This document shows positions 37,639 to 47,590 of a DNA stretch of 64,000 bases, piece after piece (positions within the stretch are counted from its first letter, which is position 1; each line of letters starts with the position of its first letter). A program made the position numbers and the translations under genes. The notes beneath the pieces are model-generated. The model had not been told where the DNA came from, did not search any database, and saw only the letters and a list, made by a program, of their open reading frames with translations. Source of the stretch: a virus; the IMG/VR virus record IMGVR_UViG_3300021962_000068, positions 1-64,000 of that record. One strand, written 5' to 3'.

Positions 37639-39399
37639 TCAGAATGTGCCGCCATCAACAGTATTTGACCAGTAGGGGTTACCTGTTGAATCTTGATATA
37701 ATATACTACCATTAATGGTAGAACCAGCAGTAATACCAAGAGCACTAGTGCCATTGCCATATAATAAACCGCGGGCAGTAACTGAAGTTAAACCGGTTCC
37801 GCCATATGGTACACCAACTGTATTTGCGTTCCAAGTACCTTGTGTAACAGTACCTAGAGTTACAATAGTAGCCTGACCAGCATAAGTATTAGCAATATCT
37901 ATGGAGTCGGCATTAATTGTAATTCTATTTGCAGTACCACCTACAGCTAGTACTCCATTTGTTAAGGTTAAACCTGCACCACTTACTGTAGACTTTAGTT
38001 GAAGTTGATCAGTAGATATTTCAATACCGCCAGTTGCAGATACTCCTATATCTAATACACCATCAGTTAAGCTTAAACCTGCACCAGCTACTGTAGATTT
38101 AAGCTGAAGTGCATCACTAACTATTTCAATTCCGCCAGTTGCAGCTACTTGTACGTCAAGAGTATTTCCAGTTTTGGTAAGTGCTGCGCCTGCAACAATT
38201 TGACCCGCACCAGAAAATTGAGTAAATATTAAACTATCGGTACCAACGGTTAGAGGTGCATCAGAAGTAATAACATAACCATTATCACCATTTAAAGTAC
38301 CTTGTTCAACAAATAAGAATAGTCCTGGAGATACTTCGTTTGGTTCGTCAGCATCAGAACTACGAGACCACGCACCTGCTGCAACAACGTAAATACCATT
38401 TTGTGAAGTAGTAGTCTGATCTTTAACTAAAACTCGGTCACCAACAATTAATTCTACAGCATCAATAGTTTGTGTACCTGATAGGGTAATATTTGCTGTT
38501 GTTGCTGCACGAACAGATTGTTTAACATCTAGACCTGCACGAGCTGCATCAACATAAGCTTTTGTTGCAGCATCTTGAGCATCTGTAGGATCCGCAAGAC
38601 CAGTAATCCTATTAGAACCCATTGCTAAATTATTAGTTAAAGATATACCTGCAAAAGTTGGTGTAGAACTAGAATCAATATCTATTGTAACAGTATTATT
38701 ACTTACAGTAGAAACAATACTAGCACCTCCAACAAATGTTAATGTATCTGTTAATAAAGCAACAGCATCAGTACCTGTATCACCAGCAATATTTAAATTA
38801 GAAGCAACAGAAGCTGTAGATGCTGCTGTTACTTGTCCCTGCTCATTAATTGTCAGTACAGGAATAGCAGTTGCAGAACCATAAGTAGCAGCATTAACGC
38901 CTGTAGCAGTGATAGAAATTGTAGAAGTATTAGCATTATCATCTATAGCTACTGTAATTCCTGTACCAGCAGTTATAGCTCCACCGACTGTATCGTAAAT
39001 ATATTCGGCAATAGAAGTTGCACTATCGTCAATATAAAGATTACTAATTACAGTTTTACCTACTCCATTCGGTGTAATATTTAAATTACCATTAGTATCT
39101 GTTGTAGAGATAGTATTGCCGTTTAATTGTAAATTATCAATCAATAAGTTATCAATTTTTGAATAACTATCAACTATAATCGCCGCACTAGCTGTTAGTG
39201 TTCCTGGCGTATGATTTAAATAGTCAGTATATAGTTTACCACCAATTGCTGCAATATTATCTGCTTCGCCAGGGGTAGTCTCAGTACCATAACCTATATA
39301 TAATTTATTAGAAGCCCATGAATAGGCTAACTCACCAGATGCTAAAGTATTAGGCGCTACCGTAGTACCTGATTTTTTGATTTTAATAACAGAAGCCAT
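37639..39399 (-). CDS. tail fibre / virion structural protein
   Basis: GELAYS N-terminus, ITGLADPTDAQDAATKAYVD, GDRVLVKDQ...NGIY. Confidence 0.8.
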   Translation of the reverse strand: MASVIKIKKSGTTVAPNTLASGELAYSWASNKLYIGYGTETTPGEADNIAAIGGKLYTDYLNHTPGTLTASAAIIVDSYSKIDNLLIDNLQLNGNTISTTDTNGNLNITPNGVGKTVISNLYIDDSATSIAEYIYDTVGGAITAGTGITVAIDDNANTSTISITATGVNAATYGSATAIPVLTINEQGQVTAASTASVASNLNIAGDTGTDAVALLTDTLTFVGGASIVSTVSNNTVTIDIDSSSTPTFAGISLTNNLAMGSNRITGLADPTDAQDAATKAYVDAARAGLDVKQSVRAATTANITLSGTQTIDAVELIVGDRVLVKDQTTTSQNGIYVVAAGAWSRSSDADEPNEVSPGLFLFVEQGTLNGDNGYVITSDAPLTVGTDSLIFTQFSGAGQIVAGAALTKTGNTLDVQVAATGGIEIVSDALQLKSTVAGAGLSLTDGVLDIGVSATGGIEISTDQLQLKSTVSGAGLTLTNGVLAVGGTANRITINADSIDIANTYAGQATIVTLGTVTQGTWNANTVGVPYGGTGLTSVTARGLLYGNGTSALGITAGSTINGSILYQDSTGNPYWSNTVDGGTF

Positions 39400-39412
39400 T
39401 TTTTCCCCTTAG

Positions 39413-39778
39413 TTAGAAAAAGCCTGCGCTAATTATTTGTTCTTGTAAATTATTAGTCGCTGCCCAGGTATCACTTGATGAGTTATAAATAAGTGTAGCG
39501 CCATTAACTAACTGTGATAGATCAGCACTTAGTATTTTTGTGGCTGATGTATTAGTAGCTGTCCATTTACTAGTATTATTACTATATAAAAGAGTTGAAC
39601 CATCACTAATTTGTGATATATCAATATCTAAAGCAGTATTTATAGTATTAATTCCTCTGGGCCCCATTGCACCAGATAGAATTATTTTATCAGTTGTACC
39701 GGTACTAACAATAACTGTATTAGTACTATCGACTATAATATTATTATTTACAGTATTGTCTACTACAATAGCACTCAT
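39413..39778 (-). CDS. virion-associated hypothetical protein
   Basis: Two G(S/A)TL.Y....KW/TW repeats typical of fibre proteins. Confidence 0.65.
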   Translation of the reverse strand: MSAIVVDNTVNNNIIVDSTNTVIVSTGTTDKIILSGAMGPRGINTINTALDIDISQISDGSTLLYSNNTSKWTATNTSATKILSADLSQLVNGATLIYNSSSDTWAATNNLQEQIISAGFF

Positions 39779-40368
39779 CTTGTCACCTCTTTTTCAAGTA
39801 CTATGACTCCACCAGCTAAGTTTGTTACATCATTAGTAACAGTATTAATTAACTCTAGGTCATAAACTGCAGAATTAAAATCAAAATCTTCAGTTACGGT
39901 ATCTTGAATAACAATAGTTATTGTAGAATAAGCCTGATCTATCTCAACCCCACCATTAGCAGTAGTAAGGCTATATAAAACAGCGTCAGATTTAAGTTTA
40001 GATCTAATCTGCATTCTACCAGTAAGATTTGCTAAATTAACTGGTTGGTTAAATTCGACTACACCGCCCGAGGTATAAGCGGTGTATCCTAAAGAATTTA
40101 TTTGATTTATAGTTATTGTATCTGCAGTAGCATTGGTAACAATATGATAAGTATCGTTACTATTAATCTCTTTCATACCAGATACATTTGTTACTTTTAC
40201 CCTCCATCCCACAGGAATATTATGAGACGGAGCTGTTATAACTATAGGGGCACTTTTGGCAATATTTGTAATGGGTACATATACTTTTGTACTTGATTCC
40301 CACCTTAAAACTTGCCTATAAGTACTGCCTTGAACTATAGTTAAATTTAATTTAACTGGTGAAGTCAT
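39775..40368 (-). CDS. virion structural protein (baseplate/fibre-anchor-like)
   Basis: NLTIVQGSTY...PVNLANLTGRMQIR...AVYDLEL...EVTR. Confidence 0.65.
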   Translation of the reverse strand: MTSPVKLNLTIVQGSTYRQVLRWESSTKVYVPITNIAKSAPIVITAPSHNIPVGWRVKVTNVSGMKEINSNDTYHIVTNATADTITINQINSLGYTAYTSGGVVEFNQPVNLANLTGRMQIRSKLKSDAVLYSLTTANGGVEIDQAYSTITIVIQDTVTEDFDFNSAVYDLELINTVTNDVTNLAGGVIVLEKEVTR

Positions 40369-40714
40369 CTGGATTTTCCTTAAAATCTTTATGCTTATTA
40401 AGTAAGCTCTGCAATCTAGATACCTCTGAACTGAGATTGAATACTTGATGATGCAATTCGTTATTTTCTATGGATAAATTTCTTAATTCTTTATTAAGAG
40501 TAATTATCTCTAATTGCAACTTATTTAATTCTTCAGCCAGTAATCTATTTTGTTGACCTACTCTGTCAAGTTCTGTATGCATTAAACTTACAACAGAGTT
40601 TTCTGCTGAAGTTATCACCCAGTGTTTTATTAGTTTTTGAATACCAAGAACAATACCGCCTAAAGCAATAATTCCTGCGGTAATCTCTGTTGCAAAAGAG
40701 GTTGCATTATCCAT
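40352..40714 (-). CDS. N-terminal TM plus coiled-coil protein
   Basis: Hydrophobic helix followed by heptad repeats. Confidence 0.65.
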   Translation of the reverse strand: MDNATSFATEITAGIIALGGIVLGIQKLIKHWVITSAENSVVSLMHTELDRVGQQNRLLAEELNKLQLEIITLNKELRNLSIENNELHHQVFNLSSEVSRLQSLLNKHKDFKENPDDFTS

Positions 40715-40814
40715 AAAATCCTCGGTCTTACAGCTGTATACCCAGTAGAGTATACTATTAAGTTACAAAAGTACGCAAAGATAAAAATCCATGCGTACTT
40801 TTTGATGTTAGTCT

Positions 40815-40853
40815 ATTATATCACAAAAGGTATGTTTGTGCAAGTTGAAAAAA
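40815..40853 (-). promoter_or_regulatory. sigma70-type promoter (TTGCAC-N17-TATAAT) on minus strand
   Basis: Reverse complement reads CAACTTGCAC-N17-TATAAT. Confidence 0.7.
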
Positions 40854-40887
40854 TAGAAACCCTATTTTAGTATATTTTATGTTTTTA

Positions 40888-41232
40888 TTAGTTTTCACTA
40901 CTACCTATATCAATTGGTTTATAATTATCACGATTTTCTGCTGTTTGCATATAAAGTGAATATAGTAATTGATATAAATAAGTTTGACCTACTATAACTC
41001 CAGTTTTTTCACCAGTTTGTGGATCACGTAATTCAATCCCATCTTGCGGATTAAAATATGCTGTTACAGAGCCAGCATCTGTACTAATAATTTTTTCATT
41101 TATACTTACAGCATCTTCTTCTATAAATAGTGCTGTTTTAGGTAGAGAAGAATGTGCTGGATTATCTATAATTACTTTTTTTGCACGTCGCCAACTAGTT
41201 CCTGTACCCGTTATTTCTTTATAGTTTGCCAT
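40888..41232 (-). CDS. hypothetical protein in tail region
   Basis: AAGGA RBS; follows fibre genes. Confidence 0.7.
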   Translation of the reverse strand: MANYKEITGTGTSWRRAKKVIIDNPAHSSLPKTALFIEEDAVSINEKIISTDAGSVTAYFNPQDGIELRDPQTGEKTGVIVGQTYLYQLLYSLYMQTAENRDNYKPIDIGSSEN

Positions 41233-41240
41233 TGTTTTCC

Positions 41241-43076
41241 TTATAGATATTGGTTATAAAAAATTTCAGTATATTGTATTTGATTTCCTTCTAATACAAA
41301 TCTAAGTTGGAAGTCATATGCTTGAGAAGTTGCCACTATAGGAGGACGTACTTGAGTCTCTGGACTAGCACCATTATTTGCACCAACAGTAACTGGACTC
41401 AAAGCTCCACCTGTCCACCCACTCCAAGGCCCCCCTACTTGTCTCAGATTATACTGAGTATCAAAAGTTCTGCTTGTTGGCCAAACCTGAGTACTAGTAA
41501 TTGTAGCATAAATAGTTCTGGTAACTCCAGGTGCGTTAGTTCCAGCTACCCTTGCACTTACCCCTGTTACAGATACGGTTGCACTATTATTTAAACTTTG
41601 ACTGGTTGTGCTCGTCCAACCAGTTCCTTGATAGGTAATTTGAAAATCTATATTTTGAGGATTGTCTCCGGGGTCGCTTCTAAAATAAACGCTATTACCT
41701 GTCCAAAATGCTGGTATACTAATATCATTAGCGGATCCATTATAAATTGTGGTACTCCAAGTTGAAGTGCCACTAGCACGTTGTTGCCAAAATACTTGAA
41801 TTGTGCGATCAAGAGGGTATGCAGCTACACTGGTTACATATGCTGCTAGTGCATCGTTATTAGCTGCATAAATAGGAGCACCATTTTGTATAGTTAGAGT
41901 ATTGGCCCAAAAAGCAGTTCCACTAGTGCTATTAAGACGAAAAGTCCAAGTGGTAGTTTCATCGGCTTCAGTTGAACTGTCTTGTTTTGCACTAAAGTAG
42001 GTAGTAAGATAGTTACTTGTTAGCTCTACTTCACCAGTAGTTGTAATACCAGTTCCGTCTAGGTAAATTATCCAATCAGCAGTAAGAGCAGTGCCAGTAA
42101 TACTATAAAATATTGAGGCAGCTCCGTGCGGAACATATTCACTTAAAATTTCGCGTAGCGTATACTCACTTTCTCTTATAGTAGTAGGCGACCATGCAAC
42201 TGCTACTACAGGCATACGATAGAGTGTAATACTTGGACTAGTACCTAGGAGAGCTCCACCAGCGTTATCTAATCTAAATTTTACAAGTACACTTTTATCT
42301 ATACTAATTGTATTAGTACCGTCCCAGTTTGTTGATCTAACTGTTAATTGAACTTGTCCTCCACTACCTGTAATTGTTCCGGTTAAGCTAGTGGGTGCAT
42401 CAATATCAGCACTGGTTAATGTAGCACCGCTAGTATCTGTGTATACTTCATAGTAAATTGTAGCACCGTCTAAACCACTATATGTCATGGTAACAACACT
42501 GGCTCTGTAAGCAGTATCTAAATTTGCATAACGATATATTGTGTCGCGGCTTAGGGTAGGAGTAGTAGTAGTGTACTTATCTGTTACAGTAACTTGATTT
42601 GTAGTACCTACTGCATTAGTTCTAGCACTATCGCTATAAAATGTTACATCAAAAGTTCCTGGTCCTTCGTAATTACTGTCTAAAACGGGGCTAAATGTGG
42701 CAGTTGGCCAAACGCCTAAATAGCTTTCATAGTCTATTTGTCCTTGATAAATATTAAAATCTGAATTATCAAGATTATTATAGTTAGTAAGTTTCCAATA
42801 AAGTATAGGATAAAGATTTGGATTTGCGTCCGTAATAGTAATAGTTATGGTACTTTGTTCCTGTACAGTAGAGGGAGTTAGTGTTGCAGTAACATTTGTA
42901 ACTAGGGTTTTACCTCGCAAATCATTCATGCTTATTTGACCACTGCTGGGCACGCCGGTTGTGCCGGCAGGCACATAAGCGCCGCCGGCATAGTATTCAT
43001 TTAAGCCAATAGGATTGGAACCACCAAATTCAGCCTGAATATCGGTCATAGCAATAGTTCCGGTTGGAGTAGTCAT
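41241..43076 (-). CDS. tail fibre tip / adhesin-like protein
   Basis: N-terminal PTGTIAMTDIQAEFGGSNPIGLNEYY...PSSGQISMNDLRG motif; Ig-like Thr-rich body. Confidence 0.7.
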   Translation of the reverse strand: MTTPTGTIAMTDIQAEFGGSNPIGLNEYYAGGAYVPAGTTGVPSSGQISMNDLRGKTLVTNVTATLTPSTVQEQSTITITITDANPNLYPILYWKLTNYNNLDNSDFNIYQGQIDYESYLGVWPTATFSPVLDSNYEGPGTFDVTFYSDSARTNAVGTTNQVTVTDKYTTTTPTLSRDTIYRYANLDTAYRASVVTMTYSGLDGATIYYEVYTDTSGATLTSADIDAPTSLTGTITGSGGQVQLTVRSTNWDGTNTISIDKSVLVKFRLDNAGGALLGTSPSITLYRMPVVAVAWSPTTIRESEYTLREILSEYVPHGAASIFYSITGTALTADWIIYLDGTGITTTGEVELTSNYLTTYFSAKQDSSTEADETTTWTFRLNSTSGTAFWANTLTIQNGAPIYAANNDALAAYVTSVAAYPLDRTIQVFWQQRASGTSTWSTTIYNGSANDISIPAFWTGNSVYFRSDPGDNPQNIDFQITYQGTGWTSTTSQSLNNSATVSVTGVSARVAGTNAPGVTRTIYATITSTQVWPTSRTFDTQYNLRQVGGPWSGWTGGALSPVTVGANNGASPETQVRPPIVATSQAYDFQLRFVLEGNQIQYTEIFYNQYL

Positions 43077-46000
43077 CTAGTTCTCCTATCCAGTTCTTTA
43101 ATAGCCTCTATTAAAAGTGGAATTAATTTCTCATAGTTTACAGCAAGCGTTCCGTCTTTACGAGTAATAACAGCTTCTGGTAGGACTTTTTCAACTTCTT
43201 GAGCTATTACACCTATATCGTGTTTTTTAATTAAATCTGGATGTTCTTTGTGTTGATTATTGTCTAAGTATTCTTGTTTCCAATCGTACTCATACCCACC
43301 AAGCTGTGTTAATTTTTCAAGGGGATTGATTAGTTTAGTAATATTTTCTTTTAAATTAATGTCACTAGTTTGGTATGCTATAACGTTTTGATAAGAAACA
43401 ATATTTTGGTCTGCGGTAATAGTTCCGGTTATAGTCATATTTCCAGCTATACTCATAGCTCCAATAAAATGTGAGTTGCCTTCTGCATATATCGCATATC
43501 CACCATATGTCTGGATATTTATGGCATGAACTGCTTTGCCATTACTTGACTCTGCTTTTAAACCTGTTCCACCAGAACCTGGTATAGTGAGAGGGGTTCC
43601 AGGCCCAGAGGCGATGGCGTGCACTCCTATACCTACGTTATATCCATTAGTATTAAGTGGATTTTGGCTTACTATACCACGTACTCCTTCTACTATAAGG
43701 ACTGAGCTCACAGGATAAGTTTCTAAATTATTACCAAGATATCCTACTACACCTATTCCGCCAGGTGATGTACTATCGCCTCCTTGTCCCGCTACTCCAA
43801 TATTTGCCAGTTTGTTAAAGTTTACATCGCACCCTACCGCAAAGGCTTGATAGTTAATACCGGTTCCGCTACCATTAATTACCACATTTCCACGAGCAAA
43901 AAATCCGTCGGCAAATACGCTACCATTAGCTTTTGATAAATAGTACCCTGCTGTGCCCCAAGTACCAGATTGAGTAATTACAGGCGGAGAACTGCCATTC
44001 CAGTTATCACTACGAATATCTTGAAATACACTAGCAGCAGTTGGTACTGACCACACTGTTGTTAATTGTGGAACTCCGTCTACCGGAACACTATTATTAT
44101 TAACCCTACCATAACTGTACCATACTATAGTTCCAACAGTAGGATTTATAGCAGTAGTTACGGCCGTCCAACCAGAAGGAATTGCAGTATTTGTAGTATT
44201 TGCCGGAGTTGATGGGGCTGCCGCAGTTTGGGACAGTAATATATAAATTATTTTAGTATTAATGCCAAGTAAACCGTTAGTACCATTAGTACCATCAGTA
44301 CCATCAGTACCATTTAGTCCTGGTAGACCTTGTATACCCTGTATACCTTGTTGTCCTTGTAAACCTTGTTTGCTTTTACTAATACTATAACCTATAGAGT
44401 AAACAACGCTATTATAAGTAGCTGTAACTGTAAAGCTCTCTGTATTACTCGTCCAGCTAGTACCACTAAGAGTTATAGCTCCTGCAGCACTAACAGTTAG
44501 TGTTAGCCCATTTTTAGTTGTTGTACCAGCATAGGTAACTCCAGTAGTTAATAACACTCCGCCTTTATATAGCTTAATACTATTACCTGTGGGTAGTGTA
44601 TAACCAGTACCGTCATTAGCAGCAGCTACGACGTCTGCATCATATACTAAATCAATTAAGATTGCATCAGTACCTGCCTTGCTTTTACTAATAGTATATT
44701 GAGCAGTATAAGTAATACTACTATAAGTAGCTGTAACTGTAAAGCTCTCGGTATCACTCGTCCAGCTAGTACCACTAAGAGTTATAGCCCCGGTACCTGA
44801 ATCAACAGTTAGTGTTAGTCCATTTTTAGTTGCTGTACCAGCATAAGTAACTCCAGTAGTTAATAACACTCCGCCTCTATATAGCTTAATACTATTACCT
44901 GTAGGTAGTGCGTAACCAGTACCGTCATTAGCAGCAGCTATAACATCAGTTTCTGATACTAAATCTATTATTACAGCATCTTTACCGTCTCTAGTTTTAG
45001 TAAACAGCATTTTTCTGCTTAGCTGTACATTACCACTAGGAGTAGTAATGGTAGCAGTAAAAGTAAATTCAGCACTATTTGCACTAAAACTGGTACCACT
45101 AATAGTTATAATTCCAGCATTAGTAATACTAGCAGTTAAACCACTTAAACTAGTTGGAGTAACACTAAAACTAACCTCGGGTTCTGGCGAGCTATCAAGG
45201 GGCCAAGCAGTTGTCCCGTATACGTCGGTTCCACGAACAACAGCCATACTTCCGCTTACTGGCAGTTGGCCCCCATAAATAGTACCACTACTATTAGCAG
45301 TTAGGGTTCTTGATTCATTTGTAATACCCGCTTGGTAACTGTCATCACCTTCGGCTATTGAGTAAAGTGTTAGCTGATCAAATGCTGTTACACCACCAGT
45401 TCCGGTCGCAACAACCTTTACAAGTTTAGAAGCAACTGGCGCAAAACTATTTAAAATTAAAGTGTCTATAGTTACGTCTGTTTGCAGTACGTCATCAACA
45501 TACCAAGCAAAAACGGCATTAGGAATATTAATTTCTGTAGCTGTAAGTGTTGTTGTGCTAGGATATGGTGTTCCAGTATTTTTTGGTTGCACAAATACTT
45601 GAGGTTCTGCTGCAAGTCTTACTATAGGTGCACTAGCACCATCAATAGATTTATTAAGTGTAATAGTTTTGCGTACTTCTACAGTACCAACAGTAAAGCT
45701 ATAAGTAACTTCAGCAAAAGCTTCTGTAATACTATTAATAGTAATAACACCAGTAGTAGAATTAATACTACTGGTCATTCCCGTCTCACTGCCAGTGACT
45801 TTATCATAAACCACCGCTGGAGTACTTGTACTGCTTAATTGTTGAATACCTTGAAATACACCAGTAGTTATAGTTATAGGAAACTGTCCAGCTATGGGCG
45901 TACCTGTACTATCACAACTAATAGTTTGATTTTCATTACTTAAACCAACAGCAATAGTATCACTGCCTTCTGCGATATGATACACGCTAAAAACATCAAA

Positions 46001-47581
46001 CGCTTGCGTTCCGCCTGTACCACTTACATCAACTTGAACCTTTTTTGCACCAACATCGTCAAAGAAAGGTATTGCATAAGTGGAACTATTAGTTCCTACG
46101 GCAACACCATCTACTGTCCATGAATATTCGGGATTAGTAATATTACTTACTGTTGCAGTTAGTGTTATGTCACCACTATTGGGTGGAATAGTACCACCAT
46201 TATTTTTTAGTGTAACAAAAGCTAGTCGTGGAGCAGTAATACTCACCGCTGGAGCACTGGCGCCAACGACACCTTCTTTTGACTTTGCAAAACTTTGTAC
46301 TACTCTTTGACTTCCTTCTACTCCACTTGTAGTTCTATAAAGAATAACATATTCAATATATGCACTATCAGCAGTCATAGTCGCATGAGTATCAAAATTT
46401 ATAAAATCAGATCCAATAGTAGGGGTCGGGTCCGGAATAATATTAATAGGATTAATTTCAAATATGTTCCAGCTACCAAAAGTTTCGTAAGGAGAGGTTG
46501 AGTCTACTGGTAAATAGGTATTACCTTGTTTTACTTTAATTGTAGTGCCGCTTCCCGCATAGTTATCCTCGACTGTAGCTCCATTATTAGCAGCAGGAAT
46601 TACATGAGCACTATTACTTAGTTCAACAGTAATCTGCTCAGTACCATCATTAATTCTATAAATAGTAAAACTATCACTAACTGTGCCAATAGTTGCTGTT
46701 ACTACTACTGCACCAACTGTAACGCCAAGAGCACTAAATTGAGCACCTGTAATAGTAATCTGATTACCAGCTTGAGTAAAACTTACACTACCTAAACTAA
46801 CACCTGCTCTAGTATACGCTTCAGCAGTAAATACAGGTGTGCCTGTAATATTTTTTAGTGCAGCTGTAAGTACTGTTTGAGAGGTTTCAGGAGTTGTGGC
46901 AAATTCATCTTTAAATACAAAATCTATATTAGTTGCACTAAGTTGAATTAGTGGAGCACTTGCTCCTGCAACTCCACGATAAACATTCCAAACCTGCTCA
47001 ACCTCAATACCATCATAAACAGCTAAAAATGTTACGCTGCCACTGTTTTGGGTCATGCCGGTGCAACTATAAACACCTGTTGTCTCATCTATAGTTGCAC
47101 CACTTAAGTGATAAACTGAGCCAGTTTTTATACTGTAAACAGGACCATTGCCGGTTACATCCTGACTCAAACTATAAACTTTAAAAGTACCTGTAGCAAG
47201 CGAAAAATCACCACCCGTACCATCTGGTTGGGTAGCTATGCCCGTAGGGTCATTTGTTAAGTAACCATATACTCTAACATTTTCATCATAAACTAGTGCT
47301 GTTAATTCTTGGGAAACAGTAAAATTACTTGGCTCAATAGCGCTAATAAATGCATACTTTACATAGTACCTAGTATTTGGCTCTAAGTTTGATATAGTAA
47401 TAGAAAGTCCCATACCATCAAATACTGGATTTAATTGTGTATGATTGAATCCATTGGTAGTAGAAATCCACACCTTAACACCGACGAGATCATCACGAAT
47501 ATCGTCGGTTCTAATAAGGTCGTATGGAGTATCTAAAATTAGGTGTAGTGCTTTTATACCGGGATATAAGTTTGCTGCCAT
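43073..47581 (-). CDS. tail fibre with C-terminal peptidase S74 intramolecular chaperone
   Basis: SDINLKENI...IGVIAQEVEKVLPEAV...VNYEKLIPLLIEAIKEL; collagen-like G-X-Y stretch. Confidence 0.85.
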   Translation of the reverse strand: MAANLYPGIKALHLILDTPYDLIRTDDIRDDLVGVKVWISTTNGFNHTQLNPVFDGMGLSITISNLEPNTRYYVKYAFISAIEPSNFTVSQELTALVYDENVRVYGYLTNDPTGIATQPDGTGGDFSLATGTFKVYSLSQDVTGNGPVYSIKTGSVYHLSGATIDETTGVYSCTGMTQNSGSVTFLAVYDGIEVEQVWNVYRGVAGASAPLIQLSATNIDFVFKDEFATTPETSQTVLTAALKNITGTPVFTAEAYTRAGVSLGSVSFTQAGNQITITGAQFSALGVTVGAVVVTATIGTVSDSFTIYRINDGTEQITVELSNSAHVIPAANNGATVEDNYAGSGTTIKVKQGNTYLPVDSTSPYETFGSWNIFEINPINIIPDPTPTIGSDFINFDTHATMTADSAYIEYVILYRTTSGVEGSQRVVQSFAKSKEGVVGASAPAVSITAPRLAFVTLKNNGGTIPPNSGDITLTATVSNITNPEYSWTVDGVAVGTNSSTYAIPFFDDVGAKKVQVDVSGTGGTQAFDVFSVYHIAEGSDTIAVGLSNENQTISCDSTGTPIAGQFPITITTGVFQGIQQLSSTSTPAVVYDKVTGSETGMTSSINSTTGVITINSITEAFAEVTYSFTVGTVEVRKTITLNKSIDGASAPIVRLAAEPQVFVQPKNTGTPYPSTTTLTATEINIPNAVFAWYVDDVLQTDVTIDTLILNSFAPVASKLVKVVATGTGGVTAFDQLTLYSIAEGDDSYQAGITNESRTLTANSSGTIYGGQLPVSGSMAVVRGTDVYGTTAWPLDSSPEPEVSFSVTPTSLSGLTASITNAGIITISGTSFSANSAEFTFTATITTPSGNVQLSRKMLFTKTRDGKDAVIIDLVSETDVIAAANDGTGYALPTGNSIKLYRGGVLLTTGVTYAGTATKNGLTLTVDSGTGAITLSGTSWTSDTESFTVTATYSSITYTAQYTISKSKAGTDAILIDLVYDADVVAAANDGTGYTLPTGNSIKLYKGGVLLTTGVTYAGTTTKNGLTLTVSAAGAITLSGTSWTSNTESFTVTATYNSVVYSIGYSISKSKQGLQGQQGIQGIQGLPGLNGTDGTDGTNGTNGLLGINTKIIYILLSQTAAAPSTPANTTNTAIPSGWTAVTTAINPTVGTIVWYSYGRVNNNSVPVDGVPQLTTVWSVPTAASVFQDIRSDNWNGSSPPVITQSGTWGTAGYYLSKANGSVFADGFFARGNVVINGSGTGINYQAFAVGCDVNFNKLANIGVAGQGGDSTSPGGIGVVGYLGNNLETYPVSSVLIVEGVRGIVSQNPLNTNGYNVGIGVHAIASGPGTPLTIPGSGGTGLKAESSNGKAVHAINIQTYGGYAIYAEGNSHFIGAMSIAGNMTITGTITADQNIVSYQNVIAYQTSDINLKENITKLINPLEKLTQLGGYEYDWKQEYLDNNQHKEHPDLIKKHDIGVIAQEVEKVLPEAVITRKDGTLAVNYEKLIPLLIEAIKELDRRTR
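44370..44980 (-). repeat. tandem duplication of a ~102-codon domain
   Basis: DAVIIDLV...AAANDGTGY.LPTGNSIKLY.GGVLLTTGVTYAGT.TKNGLTLTV...ISKSK occurs twice, near-identical DNA. Confidence 0.9.
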
Positions 47582-47590
47582 ATTATTCCT

